In this document: in pieces, positions 11,845-24,752 of the stretch
Numbering within the stretch: the stretch's first letter is position 1
How the letters are laid out: the number at the start of each line of letters is the position of its first letter
NCBI GenBank assembly: GCA_951406725.2
Contig: OX597825.1
Coordinates: 68,572,001-68,636,000 of the forward strand
Length of the DNA stretch: 64,000 nt
Source of the DNA: Octopus vulgaris
Taxonomy: Eukaryota
Reading direction: 5' to 3'
Notes under the pieces: model-generated
What the model was told of the DNA's origin: nothing
The model's database searches: none
Seen by the model: the letters and a program-made list of their open reading frames with translations, nothing else
Made by a program: the position numbers and the translations under genes

Positions 11845-12557
11845 CTGATGAAGAGGGAATCAAAAAAGAAAGAAAAGATTTATTTAATTTCACCAATTAA
11901 TATTGCATAGGCATAGGAGTGGCTGTGTGGTAAGTAGCCTGCTTTCGGACTGCATGGTTCCAGGTTCAGTCCCACTGCGTGGCACCTTGGGCAAGTGTCA
12001 TCTACTACAGCCTCGGGCCAACCAAAGCCTTGTGAGTGGATTTGGTAGACAGAAACTGAAAGAAGCCTGTCGTATATATGTATGTATATGTGTGTGTGTT
12101 TGCCCCCCCCCCCCCCAATATCGCTTGACAGTCAATGCTGGTGTGTTTACGTCCCCATAACTTAGCAGTTCGGCAAAAGAGACCGATAGAATAAGTACTA
12201 GGCTTACATAGAATAAGTCCTGGGGTTGATTTGCTCGACTAAAGGCAGTGCTCCAGCATGGCCACAGTCAAATGACTGAAACAAGTAAAAGAGTTAGAAA
12301 TAATTTCATAATTTCTTTAAAACTTTTATTTTTTCAGCCATTGCACTGTGGTCTAAACACTGCTTCGAAGGGGGTGGGGGGGTCTTAATTAAACAAATCA
12401 AGGCAGTACATTTTTTTGATAAGCCTGATATTTTATTGGTGTCCTTTGCCAAACTAAGTTATAGTGATGTAAACAAACCAATACTAGCGATCAAGGAAAC
12501 AAATACAATGAGAAACGCTCACATACGATGGCCTTATTAACCCATCTATGATGGCAT

Positions 12558-12657
12558 NNNNNNNNNNNNNNNNNNNNNNNNNNNNNNNNNNNNNNNNNNN
12601 NNNNNNNNNNNNNNNNNNNNNNNNNNNNNNNNNNNNNNNNNNNNNNNNNNNNNNNNN
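12558..12657. other. Assembly gap (exactly 100 N, placeholder of unknown true size)
   Basis: Run of 100 n characters. Confidence 0.99.
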
Positions 12658-15600
12658 ACCTATGGCAAAAAAAAAATTAATCCTTGTTTGGTTAAGAAGC
12701 TCTCTTTACAACCATAAAACAGCATGAGATCTGTTAACATATCCTATATATATGTTATATATATAGTTGACATATCCTATATATATATCATCACCATCAT
12801 TTTCACTTCTACTATTACATACTTGCATGGAGAAGTGAGTCACATGAGACATGGCTCATCATCAGCTGGGATGCACTGCTTAAAAAATAGAAGGTGATTT
12901 TTCATTAGACATGCCTTTCAGAAAGTCCTGCAGGCTACATGTGGCCTACAGGTGGTATGTTGTCCATGACTGGGCTAGAACCTTCACAAGGTATTTCTAA
13001 CAGACCATACGATTTACTGAGTATGTGTTCAGCGCATAAAATAAAAAGAAATCATAAAGTCAATACTAATATCGTATTTTCCAGTATAAATGTCGAATTT
13101 TTAAAACTCAAATTTACAGCTAAAAAAGTGAAGTTGACTTATATACCACGACTTTGGAGGACCAAAAATTTCATGTGAAATTCAACAGGATTTGGAAAGA
13201 TAGTGACGATGCTTAAATGTTTATGATACATGCTTATACTATACACCTGTCATCTTGTATGCTGCAAATTCTGTATTCTAAAGACAATATCCCTACTATT
13301 TTAGTTTTAATAATTTTTTAAAATATGAAATAAAATTTATTTTATAGAGGATTTATGTATAAATGACATTTATATAAAACATCTAATAAAAATTTATCAT
13401 AATTTTGAAAATAAGTGAATACCATGTTTTATTAAATGTTATTAAGAGATACTTTGTTTCCTGGAATCTTGGTATAGTTTTCTTGAATTCCTGAGGTTTG
13501 CTGAACCTAATCTGGAAAACGCTGGTTCAAGTGAAAGATAGCAAGATTACATGACAAGGGAGGTAACTTCTAAGTTACTAAAATGAGGCCATTAGAAGAT
13601 TTTTTTTTTTACTGTATCTCAAACAACTTGGTAATAATAAATTCTATGAAGAGGCACACAGCAGAAGGTCTTAAGGGAAGAAGCATCCTCATTCACCCTA
13701 CTGCACGTGTTTCAGCCCTTTAAGGGGGCTGGGCTGCATCCAGGTCATGACTCCTGGATATTGCTTTGCTGTTACATTCTGTGTTATTGTCTGTATTACA
13801 ACCTGCACCCTCCTGGTTGGTTGGTTAAGGTGACTCAGAGCCAAGGTACCTGGGGTGTTGTAATCAGTTCAGTTCAGGTTGAACCACCAGTTGGCTGTAA
13901 GGTAAATTATGTCTTTTAAAATTCACTTCCAGTACCAGTTGCACACTGGGGGGTCGATGTAATCGACTTAATCCCTTAGTCTGTCCTTGTTTGCCCCTCT
14001 ATGTTTAGCCCCTTGTGGGCAATAAAGAAATAAGATTGTGAAAATAACTCTGAAACTAAATATTTTTAAGGGAAAACCTCTTCTGGATGTGATGGAAGTA
14101 TCTCCCTTTAAATGGTTCCAGTTTGTTCGAAAAGAGTTTATGTACAATTTCCTTTCACTAGTCAGCAAGTGGGGAAGTCCATCTTTTCAACATGAAGTTT
14201 TCTCTCATGAGGGCACTGACAAAACATTTCAGAAAACAAATAATTTCTTATAAAAAAAAAACAACATATAAACATAATTGACAACTGAAAATTCCTGAAA
14301 AGTAAACAAAAAACTGGAAATTTTACCAGTGAGTGTGTTAAATAATAAGGCACAGAAAGAAAATGACTCTCCCCAGACACAACAGAACATGCTTCAACAC
14401 ACGAACTCATATAAAGAATCTGGCAAACCAAATCCCAAAACGAAATAAACAAAAATATTTATTTGTAAATTTAGTGAAGATTAATTACTTTCATCATCAT
14501 CATCATCATCATCGTTTAACGTCCGCTTTCCATGCTAGCATGGGTTGGACGGTTCAACTGGGGTCTGGGAAGCCCGAAGGCTGCACCAGGCCAGTCAGAT
14601 GTGGCAGTGTTTCTACAGCTGGATGCCCTTCCTAACGCCAACCACTCCGAGAGTGTAGTGGGTGATTTTATGTGCCACCGACACAGGTGCCAGACGAGGC
14701 TGGCAGACGGCCACGCTCGGATGGTGTTTTTTATGTGCCACCGACACAGGTGCCAGACGAGGCTGGCAGACGGCCACGCTCGGATGGTGTTTTCTTATGT
14801 GTCACCGACACAGGTGCCAGACGAGGCTGGCGGACGGCCACGCTCGGATGGTGTTTGTTACGTGCCCTCAGCACGGAGGCCAGTCATTGCGGTACTGGCT
14901 ACGGTCACGTTCGGATGGTTTGATTCAAATATTCCTGATAGCCAAGTTTATTTTTTTTTTCTATATTCCTGACTTTATTTACTTTCATTTTCAATCCTAC
15001 ATTTGAAGGGTAGCCGATCTTCGAATATTGAACTCCCATGTATGTGACATTACATTTTTTAAAGACAGATGTGACCGAGCGATAGTCAGCTGCTATTTGT
15101 AGCTGGTCAAGGAACCTTGTTTGTTCTTGAAGTAACGGTAATATGCTAGGGAAAGTTGGTCAGTGTTTTGGAATAGTTCCATACCTCATGGTAACAGAAA
15201 ATAGGTTTGAAAATGGTTGATGGTAGGTGGTGGTGGTATAAATATCTTCTTTGTTTTACTTATTTCACTCATTTTATTGTGGCCATGCTGAGGCACCGCC
15301 TTGACAGGTTTAGGCAAATGCAGCCAATCCCAGTAATTTTTTTTCTAAGCCTGGTACATATTCCATTGGTCTCTTTTTTTTTTCTGAAGACGTAAACAAA
15401 CCAACACCGGTTGTGAAGCAATGGCAGGGAACAAACAAAGCACATACGTACATACACACCTATATACGACGGTCTTCTATCAGTTTCTGCTTACCAAATC
15501 TACTCCCAAGGCTTCGGTCAGCCCTGGGCTATAGTAGAAGACACTTGTCCAATGTATCACGTTGTGGGATTGAACGCCAACTACATGGTTGGGAAGCAAA

Positions 15601-16689
15601 CTTCTTACCACACAGCCACGTCTGCGCCTGTATGTGTAAATATGGAAATAAAAATAATAAAATATTTAGAAACTTGTTTTTCAGAATCGTAATTTGTGAT
15701 TCCTGTTCTATGGAAGGCAGGGAAATTTAGGGGAAATAACCCCATCCTTTGCATTTACCATTGGGTATGGATCTTTGATGGATAGCTATTAAAAAAAAAA
15801 AAACTACCCGAAATCGATTTACTATTTTAACCTCGATAATAAAAATATACTCTTTTACTGGTTTCAGTCATTTGACTGCGGCCATGCTGGGGCACCACCT
15901 CTAGTCGAGCAAATCGACCCCAGGACTTATTCTTTGTAAGCCTGGTACTTATCCTATCGGTCTCTTTTGCCGAACTGCTAAGTTACGGGGACGTAAACAC
16001 ACCAGCATCGGTTGTCAAATGATGTTGGGGGGGAGAAACACAGACACAAACATATATATAAACAAATATACGACGGGCTTCTTTCAGTTTCCGTCTACCA
16101 AATCCACTCACAAAGCTTTGGTCAGCCCGAGGCTATATCAGAAGTCACTTGCCCAAGGTGCCACGCAGTGGGACTGAACCCGGAACCATATGGTTGGTAA
16201 GCAAGCTACTTACTACAAAGCCACTCTTCCAAAGAACATTTTTATTATTGAATATTGTAGTATAGATTCTCATTCATATCTCATCAAATTTCTTACAATA
16301 TCTGTGTGTGTATGTGTACGCGCGCGCGTTTTGTGTAAGGAAATATCTTGATGTCTTAAACTTGAAATATTACGTAAACAATAATAGATCATCACCGGTA
16401 TTTATTATTTTATTTTATCGGCCTCACCAGAAGGACGAAAGCCAAAGACCACTTCAAAGGGATTTGAACTCACAATCCAAAGAGCCTTAATTAAATACAC
16501 CAAACATTTTAAAACCACAACAATCGCGCGCGTGTAGTATATATTTGTGCGTCTGCGATTAGCTTTACTATGTTCCAAACTACCATAACCTTTTTCCTTT
16601 TTTTTTTAAATACTTATTTGTGCACATATAATGTCAATTAAGTACCGTTGGAAAGTGAACTGTTCTGTGATGTTCTTTTCTAAATATAC

Positions 16690-17088
16690 TATACTATCAG
16701 TGTCGCCCGTCGTTGCTCGGGTTTGTTTCGACCCTTTAGAATTGGAATTTTTGAAAAATAAAACTTTTGCATTATGTAGCTTGTTATTCTCTTTAAGTGA
16801 ACTTTTTTCTGGTTGAAATACACCGAAAAATGCCGACACAGCAGTGAAAAAATCGTAAAAAATAGGGATTTCCACAGAAAAAAAGCACCTTTTTGATGTA
16901 AATAATTTTGGGTGTTAACATGGCCCGATTTGAATTTTTTTTCTTCTACGGAAGGAAGGGCAAGCCTTCTTCTATCATACTCTCAATTTTGGTCAACTTG
17001 CGCTGCAGGGTCTCAGAGGAGATAGTGTTAGTTGAAGGCTACCAAACCTGCCATACACAGACACCTTCAGCTTTATATATAGAGAGAT
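16690..17088 (+). mobile_element. Helitron/Helentron-like non-autonomous element
   Basis: Start acta.cagt.tcgcccg.cgttgctcgggtttgt (terminal hairpin) and end tatatagagagat, both shared with 62452-62825. Confidence 0.55.
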
Positions 17089-17394
17089 TGCGGTAGTGAA
17101 TCTTAACCCATAAAGCGCTGGGACTTGCACTTACATAGCATGGGCTGCTGAGCACATTTTATGAAAATGAGACTACCATTCACATATAAAAAAAAACAAA
17201 AAAATAGTTAGAATATCTTCTTAGTATATAATGGTGGCAAGTTTTACACATGAAAAGGCATTCGGAGCATTTGAGTGACATCAGACCCCCAACAAATGCC
17301 CATAAATTAAATGCATCTAATCTGGGCCACGATCGTGGCCTGTCGACCTGTGTCTGACGTCTACGATCGTGGTCCGTCGTGTTTTTTTTTTGTG

Positions 17395-18200
17395 TTAATG
17401 ACACATTAGGAGGTTAAATAAATATGTTTGTGCTTCAGGGACGTGATATGATTCAGAATTTGTTAATTAGAGATAATTAAAACCAGAGTAAACCACCGAC
17501 TTTGTTTCCTCATAACTTTCAGAAAAACACATTTTGTCATGAAATTTTCAACGAATATCTTTCTGACAGTGTAGATTACAATTATAGCAGAATTTTATGT
17601 GGAAGAATGCGCACAAATACATACTGAGGATCTTTTTACTTTGATTGGCAGATTTAAAAAAATAATTTCTTAGTAACCAAACACTTTTAAACTTCGTATA
17701 CTGGTAGAATGTTACAAAGAAATTATTTTTTAAATCTGCCGGTCAAAGTGAAAAGATCGCATGCGGAAATATAGAATCCTTTTTTTTTTTTTTTTTTTCT
17801 TCGAAATTTCAAGTTTCATTTTGTAGATAAATGTGATGTGTCACTTTGTACGTGTTCGCTCACTAATTTTTTTTTCACATTAAATTCCAATTAAAGTGTA
17901 ATCTAAACTGCCTGAAAAGTATTTGTAAAAATATAAAACACATTCTACCAGTATACGAAGTTTAAAATTTTTTAGTTTTAAATTTTTTAGTTACATGGAA
18001 ATTATTTTAAAAATCTGCCGTTCAAACCGAAAAAATCCAAAAAATATTATGAGAACATTCATTCGTTTGAAAAGCATGAGGAAACAAAGTCGAGAAGAAC
18101 ACGTGGATGTGTACGGAAAATCTTAATGACATATTAGGAGATTAAATGAATAAGCATGTTTGTGGTTCGAGTCGTGATATGATTCGAAATTTGTTACGTA
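17395..18200. repeat. Foldback/MITE-like region with internal inverted and direct repeats
   Basis: Hairpin at about 17629-17758. tttaaacttcgtatactggtagaatgt (about 17686) is inverted at about 17940. A direct repeat of about 65 bp lies at 17400 and 18128. Confidence 0.65.
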
Positions 18201-18712
18201 AAAATATTTAAAAAAAAAAGTTACAAACAGAAATTTCAATAATCAAATATTTCCCTCCGTTTCTTTTGCATTTTTAAAAAACCGACATTTAAATAGGAAT
18301 TAACGTGCCTTCACTATACATGGTGAATGGAAATAGTAGAATGAGAACACAGTGATGATCTGAGCCGGCGAATTGCAGTACAAATATATATATATATATA
18401 ACATGGCCTTGTGCCAATTATAGAAAGCATCTAATTTTAGTATAACCTTCACCGAAACATCGTAAGCTCAGCAATGACAAAGAGGTGAAGGACGAAATAT
18501 TATCACGTCAGCTAACTCCCCTCCCTCCATCCGCCATCACCACCTCTATAACTTCACCATTCGCTATATGTAGAATGGTAGAATGTTGCGATGGTTTACT
18601 ATGTTAAGGTGTTGCTGTATTATACCGCTGTATCGATATACATGTCAGTATTTCCCTTCTTCTCTCTTTCTCTCTCGTTCTCTCTTTCCCCCTCTTTCTG
18701 TCTGTGTGCGTA

Positions 18713-18714
<2 letters not shown>

Positions 18715-18749
<35 letters not shown>

Positions 18750-19119
18750 TAGCATACCCGTGTCGTAAAAAATGCCAACAATTTTATTAACGATAGGAAA
18801 TGTCGCATCAACACAATGGGCGAAACCATTTCTAAATGTCAGCAATCTAGTAAATGAATGTACATACACACAATTGAAATACTTGAAGGATAAGATACAG
18901 GCGGACCATCTTGACTGAAAACATCGCCTGCATAATGTGTGTGTGTGTGAATATATATGTACATATACATAAATATAGGCATATATACATACATACATAC
19001 ATACATACACCTATATATATACTTACATGTGTGTGCATATATATATATACACATACATATACACACATGTATATATACATACATATATAGGTAGTTGGTG
19101 TGTATATATATGTATATTA

Positions 19120-19159
<40 letters not shown>

Positions 19160-19300
19160 TATATGTATATGCATATATATACACATATGCATACATACAC
19201 ACACACATACATATATTACATATATATATGTGTGTATGCATATGTGTGTGTGTTGTATATATATATACACATACATATACATGAACATATATATATATTT
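18715..19300. repeat. Compound (TA)n/(CATA)n/(TG)n microsatellites
   Basis: Direct inspection. Confidence 0.9.
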
Positions 19301-19380
19301 TTTCAATATGTGACCGCGTGTGTATCGTTGGCAATTTTCTTTCTTCATCTTCCCTTCCTTGGACCTTTCCTTTTTTCAAT

Positions 19381-19415
19381 ATTTCTGACGAAGAGCTCCA
19401 CTCGAAACGTTAAAT
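19381..19415 (+). ncRNA. Minimal type I hammerhead-ribozyme-like motif, inside a repeat at about 19313-19500
   Basis: ATTT-CTGACGA-A-GAG-ctcca-CTC-GAAA-CG-TT-AAAT: intact CUGANGA and GAAA core, helix I ATTT/AAAT. Confidence 0.6.
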
Positions 19416-20197
19416 CCTCCTTCTTTCTTTCCTTTCCTGAGCGTCCAATAACACTATACTTGTTCCATGTCCTCGTGTTGTTTTGTTTTCTGATGTTTGT
19501 GATGAATAAACTATCGTCTGAATTACGCAAAAATGAAAATAACACCGACATCTCATATTAAGAGATATATTTATCAAAATTACTTTAAAATATCTTGAAA
19601 TACTAAAGAGTAAATTCATCCAATAAAATTGTCATTGGCTTCAACCACAACCTCATGACGACTTTAGAATCACCTGCAACTCTTCTGGACGGTCTCCTTG
19701 TTTAAGGTGGTGAATGCTGCCATAATTCTTGCCTTCAGTTTTGTTGGTCTCTCGTTCAACTGCACTCCTCACATAATAATTAAGGGGGGTTACCATTTAG
19801 GGAGTTGTGGAAACCATGTCAGAAGAGACATTGGATTTCAGAACAGTCTTCTGGCTTGTTTGTCCCTGTTGAATTGCCTAGCATGTGTGTGTGTAATGAT
19901 ATATATATATATGCATACATACATACATAACACAGCCGGCCTGATATCATTGTGTGGTACCACAAAGAACAGACATGTTCTGCTGTATGAATCAGCTGCC
20001 CTCTAGACACCAAAGTGGTGAGAAAAAAATAAGAGAAAGAGGACTTCTATGGACTGTCAATAAGGAACTTGCAAATCCAGTGTCCAAGATACACTTTCAG
20101 ATTCATAGCTTTTATTATTGGAGCAACAAGATACATACCAATTTGTCAGGAACAAAGTATGGCTAAACTTGGGATCTTGGGGAGAGAATGCATATCT

Positions 20198-20426
20198 TTA
20201 ACCCTTTTGTTAATGTATTTATTTTGAGATGTTCTGTGTTTCTTTCAATTACTTTAAATATAACAAAGAATTTAGTAAAATAACTTAGTTATCATTCAGC
20301 TAGTGTTAGGAACATAAATTGCGACTAAGGTTTGGTGGAAGATTTTAATTAAAAACTTACGTAAACAAGACATTTGTACGAAAGAACCAGAGCCGGTTTC
20401 AGCCGGGTTGGTAACGAAAGGGTTAA
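20198..20426. mobile_element. piggyBac-like MITE (second family)
   Basis: TTAA-CCCTTTTGTTA ... TAACGAAAGGG-TTAA. Confidence 0.75.
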
Positions 20427-21099
20427 TTCATATGCTACAAGTGATCAAGATGTCTGGGAATATAAAAATCTGCAAGACCTTAAAATTTAAAGAATGATGG
20501 TTGAAAGAAAATACTTTCCTTCACAACCTTGCTACCAAATTGGGTGATCAGTCAAAATTTACGCTAAAATTAAAAAACAGAAAGAGAACATACATATATA
20601 TGTATATATGTATATATGTATATGTGTGTGTGTGTGTGTGTTACTTTGTATATATAGTGTGTGTTTTAAAGTTATTGAAGATCCAGGCGTTATTATTGGC
20701 TCTGATTTTGTCTTCGCATCTTTTTAATGTTTTAACAGTTGCTGATTTCATTTCAAACTGTTTCACAGATTCTGTTGAATTCTTTCCATTCCATTTTTGA
20801 AATTGATTTAATATATGAATTTCTATTTCTACAGAATCACAAAAATATTTAACAAAACATAAAAAAATATTTCTAACTTTAGCATTAGTTTAAAGTTAGT
20901 CTGTTTCACTATCAAAGATAAGAAATGAAAAACCAAAACAGAGATGATTAAGTGGGTTTTATTGTGCTTAAAGTAAAAATAAAAAAGTAAAAAAGAAAGG
21001 GGACCGAAACACTGAAGTAGAACCATGCTAAGTTAGGGGTAACTGTTTCATGCATGCATTACAGTTTGAAATTTTCAAGGGTTGGTTGGGTACCATCTG

Positions 21100-21848
21100 T
21101 GAGAAAAACAGCACCATGATGAAATTCAGTTTGCCAGAAATTTGGAAACGACATGCTGTACTGCTTGGCATTTGTGCTGGAAGCTCCAATACGAACATTT
21201 CAGAGTGATTGGGTGTCAATCTGAGCCCCCAAAATATGTACCCAGAGTGATAAAAAATCAAACATCCAGTCAACATCCTGGTATTTCTCGTGATCACTAG
21301 TGATGGTGATGTCATAAACCCATTCACCTTTCCACACAGCCTCAGACTCAACATGTAGGCCTACATCAAGTGCCTGGAGGAGGTAGTGCTGCACTGGGTC
21401 AAGAGGGGAGTTGCTGGAACACCCTATGTCTGGCAACATGACTCTGCACCGTGCCACACAAGCAGGAGAATCCAGTCATGGCTATCAGACAATTTCTGAA
21501 ACCACAACACCCTAACATCTGGCTACCTAACTCCCCAGACTGCAACCCCTTTGATTATTATGTGTGGGGTGCAGTTGAACAAGAGACCAGAGACCAACAA
21601 AACCCCTTGTAACATCAAAGATGAACTGAAAGCAAGAATCATAGCAGCATTCACCAACTTTAACAAGGAGAATGTCCAGAAGAGTTGCAGGAAATTCTAT
21701 AGTTGTCTGGAGGCCATGGTTGAAGCTAATTGTGATTTTATTGATTAAGTTTAATCTTTAGTATTTCAAGATCATTTTATGTAATTTTAGTATGTCAGTG
21801 ATATTTTCATTTCTCTGTAATTTAGACGACAATTTTCATTCACCACAC

Positions 21849-21850
<2 letters not shown>
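21100..21850 (+). mobile_element. Decayed Tc1/mariner-superfamily transposase (DD37D/maT-like)
   Basis: Frameshifted motifs ITSDGDV, YIKCLEEVVL.WVK, PYVWQHDSAPCHTSRR, W.PNSPDCNPFDYYVWG, DELKARI. Confidence 0.85.
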
Positions 21851-21880
<30 letters not shown>

Positions 21881-22928
21881 TGTATGTATGTATGTATCTG
21901 CAAAGAAACAGCAATTTTAGTAAAACATATTAAACAACACTAATAATAAATCAAAAAATGTAAAAATAAACAAGCTTTTGACGGTTTTATAGATATTTCA
22001 AAATTGTGACGCTATGATGCTAGGTGTTTCCATTATTTTGTCCAACTCCTGTATATATATATATATATATATAAAAACTGTACTGGGAGAAGAAGAAACG
22101 AAACGGAACGAATCGAATCGACGCGAAGGCGCTCAGTCATACAATAGTGTAATAAATAAAATATATGCATACATACATACATATATGTACGTACCTACAT
22201 CTACATGTATATATACATGCATATATAAATATATATACGTGAGTACAGGACACCACAAATAGATGCAGAACTCAACGAGAACGAAAACGTAAAAACAAGC
22301 ATGGAACGAACCTTTTTTTACAAAGAAAAAACAGAGTACTAGACAAACTACACAAGGAAAAATCCCCTTCATCACCTGTCCCTAGTTCAACTGCAGCGTG
22401 TTTCGGACCGAGACCTTTGATATTATGTCATGCTTGAGAAGAAGACGCACCAAGCCAAACAAAACCGCAGTTGTGGAAGATACCAGTGTCATGCAAATGG
22501 CACCCGTACTGTGGCACGTAAAAGCACCCATTACACTTTCGGAGTGGTTGGCATTAGGAAGGGCATCCAGCCATAGAAACCATGCGAAACCAGACTGGAG
22601 TCTGGTGCAGCCTTTCAGTTTGCCAGCCCTGGTCAAACTGTCAAACCCATGTCAGCATGGACGACGGATGTTGATTTATGATGATGCTGATGATGAATAT
22701 GATATATATATATCCGGAGTACGCCACTGTAATAGTGATTGGAAATCATCAAAAAATTTGTCCGTGACTCTTCCACTTTTTCTCATCCTCTTTTTACCTT
22801 ACTTCTTCTACTTCCACTTTTCTACATTTGTCGCCACCATTTACACCTACACCGACATTTGGCCGTGTGTGTATCGTTGGCGATTTTCTGTCTCCGTCTT
22901 CCCTTCCTTGCCCCTTTCCTTTTTCTAT

Positions 22929-22963
22929 GTTTCTGACGAAGAGCTCTGCTCGAAATGTTAAAT
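22929..22963 (+). ncRNA. Minimal type I hammerhead-ribozyme-like motif (same family as 19381)
   Basis: GTTT-CTGACGA-A-GAGC-tct-GCTC-GAAA-TG-TT-AAAT. Confidence 0.55.
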
Positions 22964-23149
22964 CCTCCTTCTTTCTTTCCTTTCTTGAGCGTCCAATAAC
23001 ACTATACTTGTTCTATGTCCTCGCGTTGTTGTGTTTTCCCTTTGTTCATGTTTGGAGTAACTATATATATATAGGACGCCATGATAGATCGTTAGCTCCT
23101 ACACGCATTTTTTTCTCTACTTGTTTCTCTCCTTGTTTTTTTCTGTGTA

Positions 23150-23187
23150 TCTTTCTGTCGAAGAGCGTAGGCTCGAAACGTAAAAGA
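23150..23187 (+). ncRNA. Minimal type I hammerhead-ribozyme-like motif with variant core CUGUCGA (same family as 7683)
   Basis: TCTTT-CTGTCGA-A-GAGC-gtag-GCTC-GAAA-CG-TA-AAAGA, with a GUA cleavage triplet. Confidence 0.5.
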
Positions 23188-23752
23188 CTTTTTCTATTTC
23201 TATTCCTGAGCGCTATACTAATACATTTGTTTGTTTGTACTCCACCTGCCTTCGTCTTTTGTTTATTTTCGTAAACTTTCCCTTTATATATATATATATA
23301 TATATAAATAAATATCAATGGAAATAGTTGTTGTGATACCTGTGCCGGTGGAACATAAAAAGCACCATCTGAACGTGGCCGTTGCCAGCGCCGCCTCGAC
23401 TGGCTTCTGTCCCGGTGGCACATAAAAAGCACCATCCGAACGTGGCTGATGCCAGCGCCGCCTTGACTGGCTTCTGTGCCGGTGGCACATAAAAAGCACC
23501 ATCCGAACGTGGCCGATGCCTGCGCCGCCTTGGCTGGCTTCTGTGCCGGTGGCATGTAAAAAGCACCCACTACACTCGTGGAGTGGTTGGCGTTAGGAAG
23601 GGCATCCAGCTGTAGAAACACTGCCAGATCAGACGAGCCTGGTGCAGCCCTTGGCTTCCCAGACCCCGGTCGAACTGTCCAACCCGTGCTCGCGCGGAAA
23701 ACGGACGTTAAACGATGATGATGATGATGATGATGATATATATATATATATA

Positions 23753-24752
23753 CATGGTCTGATCAATAAGTATTTGGACTCTTGCCATAGTAATAAAGCT
23801 AATGCATGCCGAGTGAAGCTGCTTAGCACAGACTGACCTTGAACTCTGCTGTGCATGTGCACTAAGTTTTAACATTGCAGCTCACTTCCACTGTTTACAG
23901 CAGTGCTTGGAAGAAAGGTGTGTAGCGCGTGATCGTCGCATTGGCCATGACAGAGAAAGTTGAGTAGAGAATCTGCATCAAATTTTGCCAAAAGCTTGGC
24001 AATACCTGCTCAGAGGCCTACGCAAAGTTTCAAAAAAGTTTTCATTGATCTCGATACAGTCAAGAAGATCTTGTTCAGCCAAAACCTGAGTGTGTTTTTG
24101 GTTAGCTGAAAGCAGTTTTGGAACAAATTCAGCAGACATGCATCTCATACCCAAATCTTCAGTGATAATGGACTGAACTGAACCAAAACTAATCTGCACA
24201 TCCTCTGATAACTCATGGATGGTGATTCGACAATTTTCCCTCACAGCTGCGATATTTTTCTCAGTTCTGCCAGTAGCGGGTGACCCAGAACATTTGTCAA
24301 TATCAACATTTTTCTGGCCATCTTCAAAATATCCGAATCTCTCGTACATTTGTGTGCGGCTCATACACTCCTCTCCATACACTTTCTGCACCCTTGCCTT
24401 TCATCCTTTCGGGGTCGATTAAATAAGTACCAGTTATGCACTGGGGTCGATATAATCGACTTAATCTGTTTGTCTGTCCTTGGTTGTCCTCTCTGTGTTT
24501 AGCCCCTTGTGGGTAGTAAAGAAATAGGTATTGCCATGACAACTTTTTCTCTTATGATCAATGCAGCAATCACACATCCTACACACCTTCCTTCAAAGCA
24601 CTGCTGTAAACAGCGGAAGTGAGTTAGAATATTGAAACTTAGTGAGCATGCAGAGCAGAATTCAAGAACAATCTCCACCAAGCAGCTTCAGTCTGTGTGC
24701 TTTAGCTTCATTACTATGGCAACAACAGTCAGGATACTTAGTGATCAGACCT

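Noticed and set aside
18583-19619. Cluster of Tyr/Ile-rich ORFs (likewise at 25.0 and 29.3 kb)
   Set aside because: (TA)n and (CA)n translations.
22355-22412. Minus-strand CGAAAC...GTGATGAAGGGG resembling hammerhead boxes
   Set aside because: The boxes do not close into a consistent three-helix fold, and the region is truncated by an adjacent insertion.
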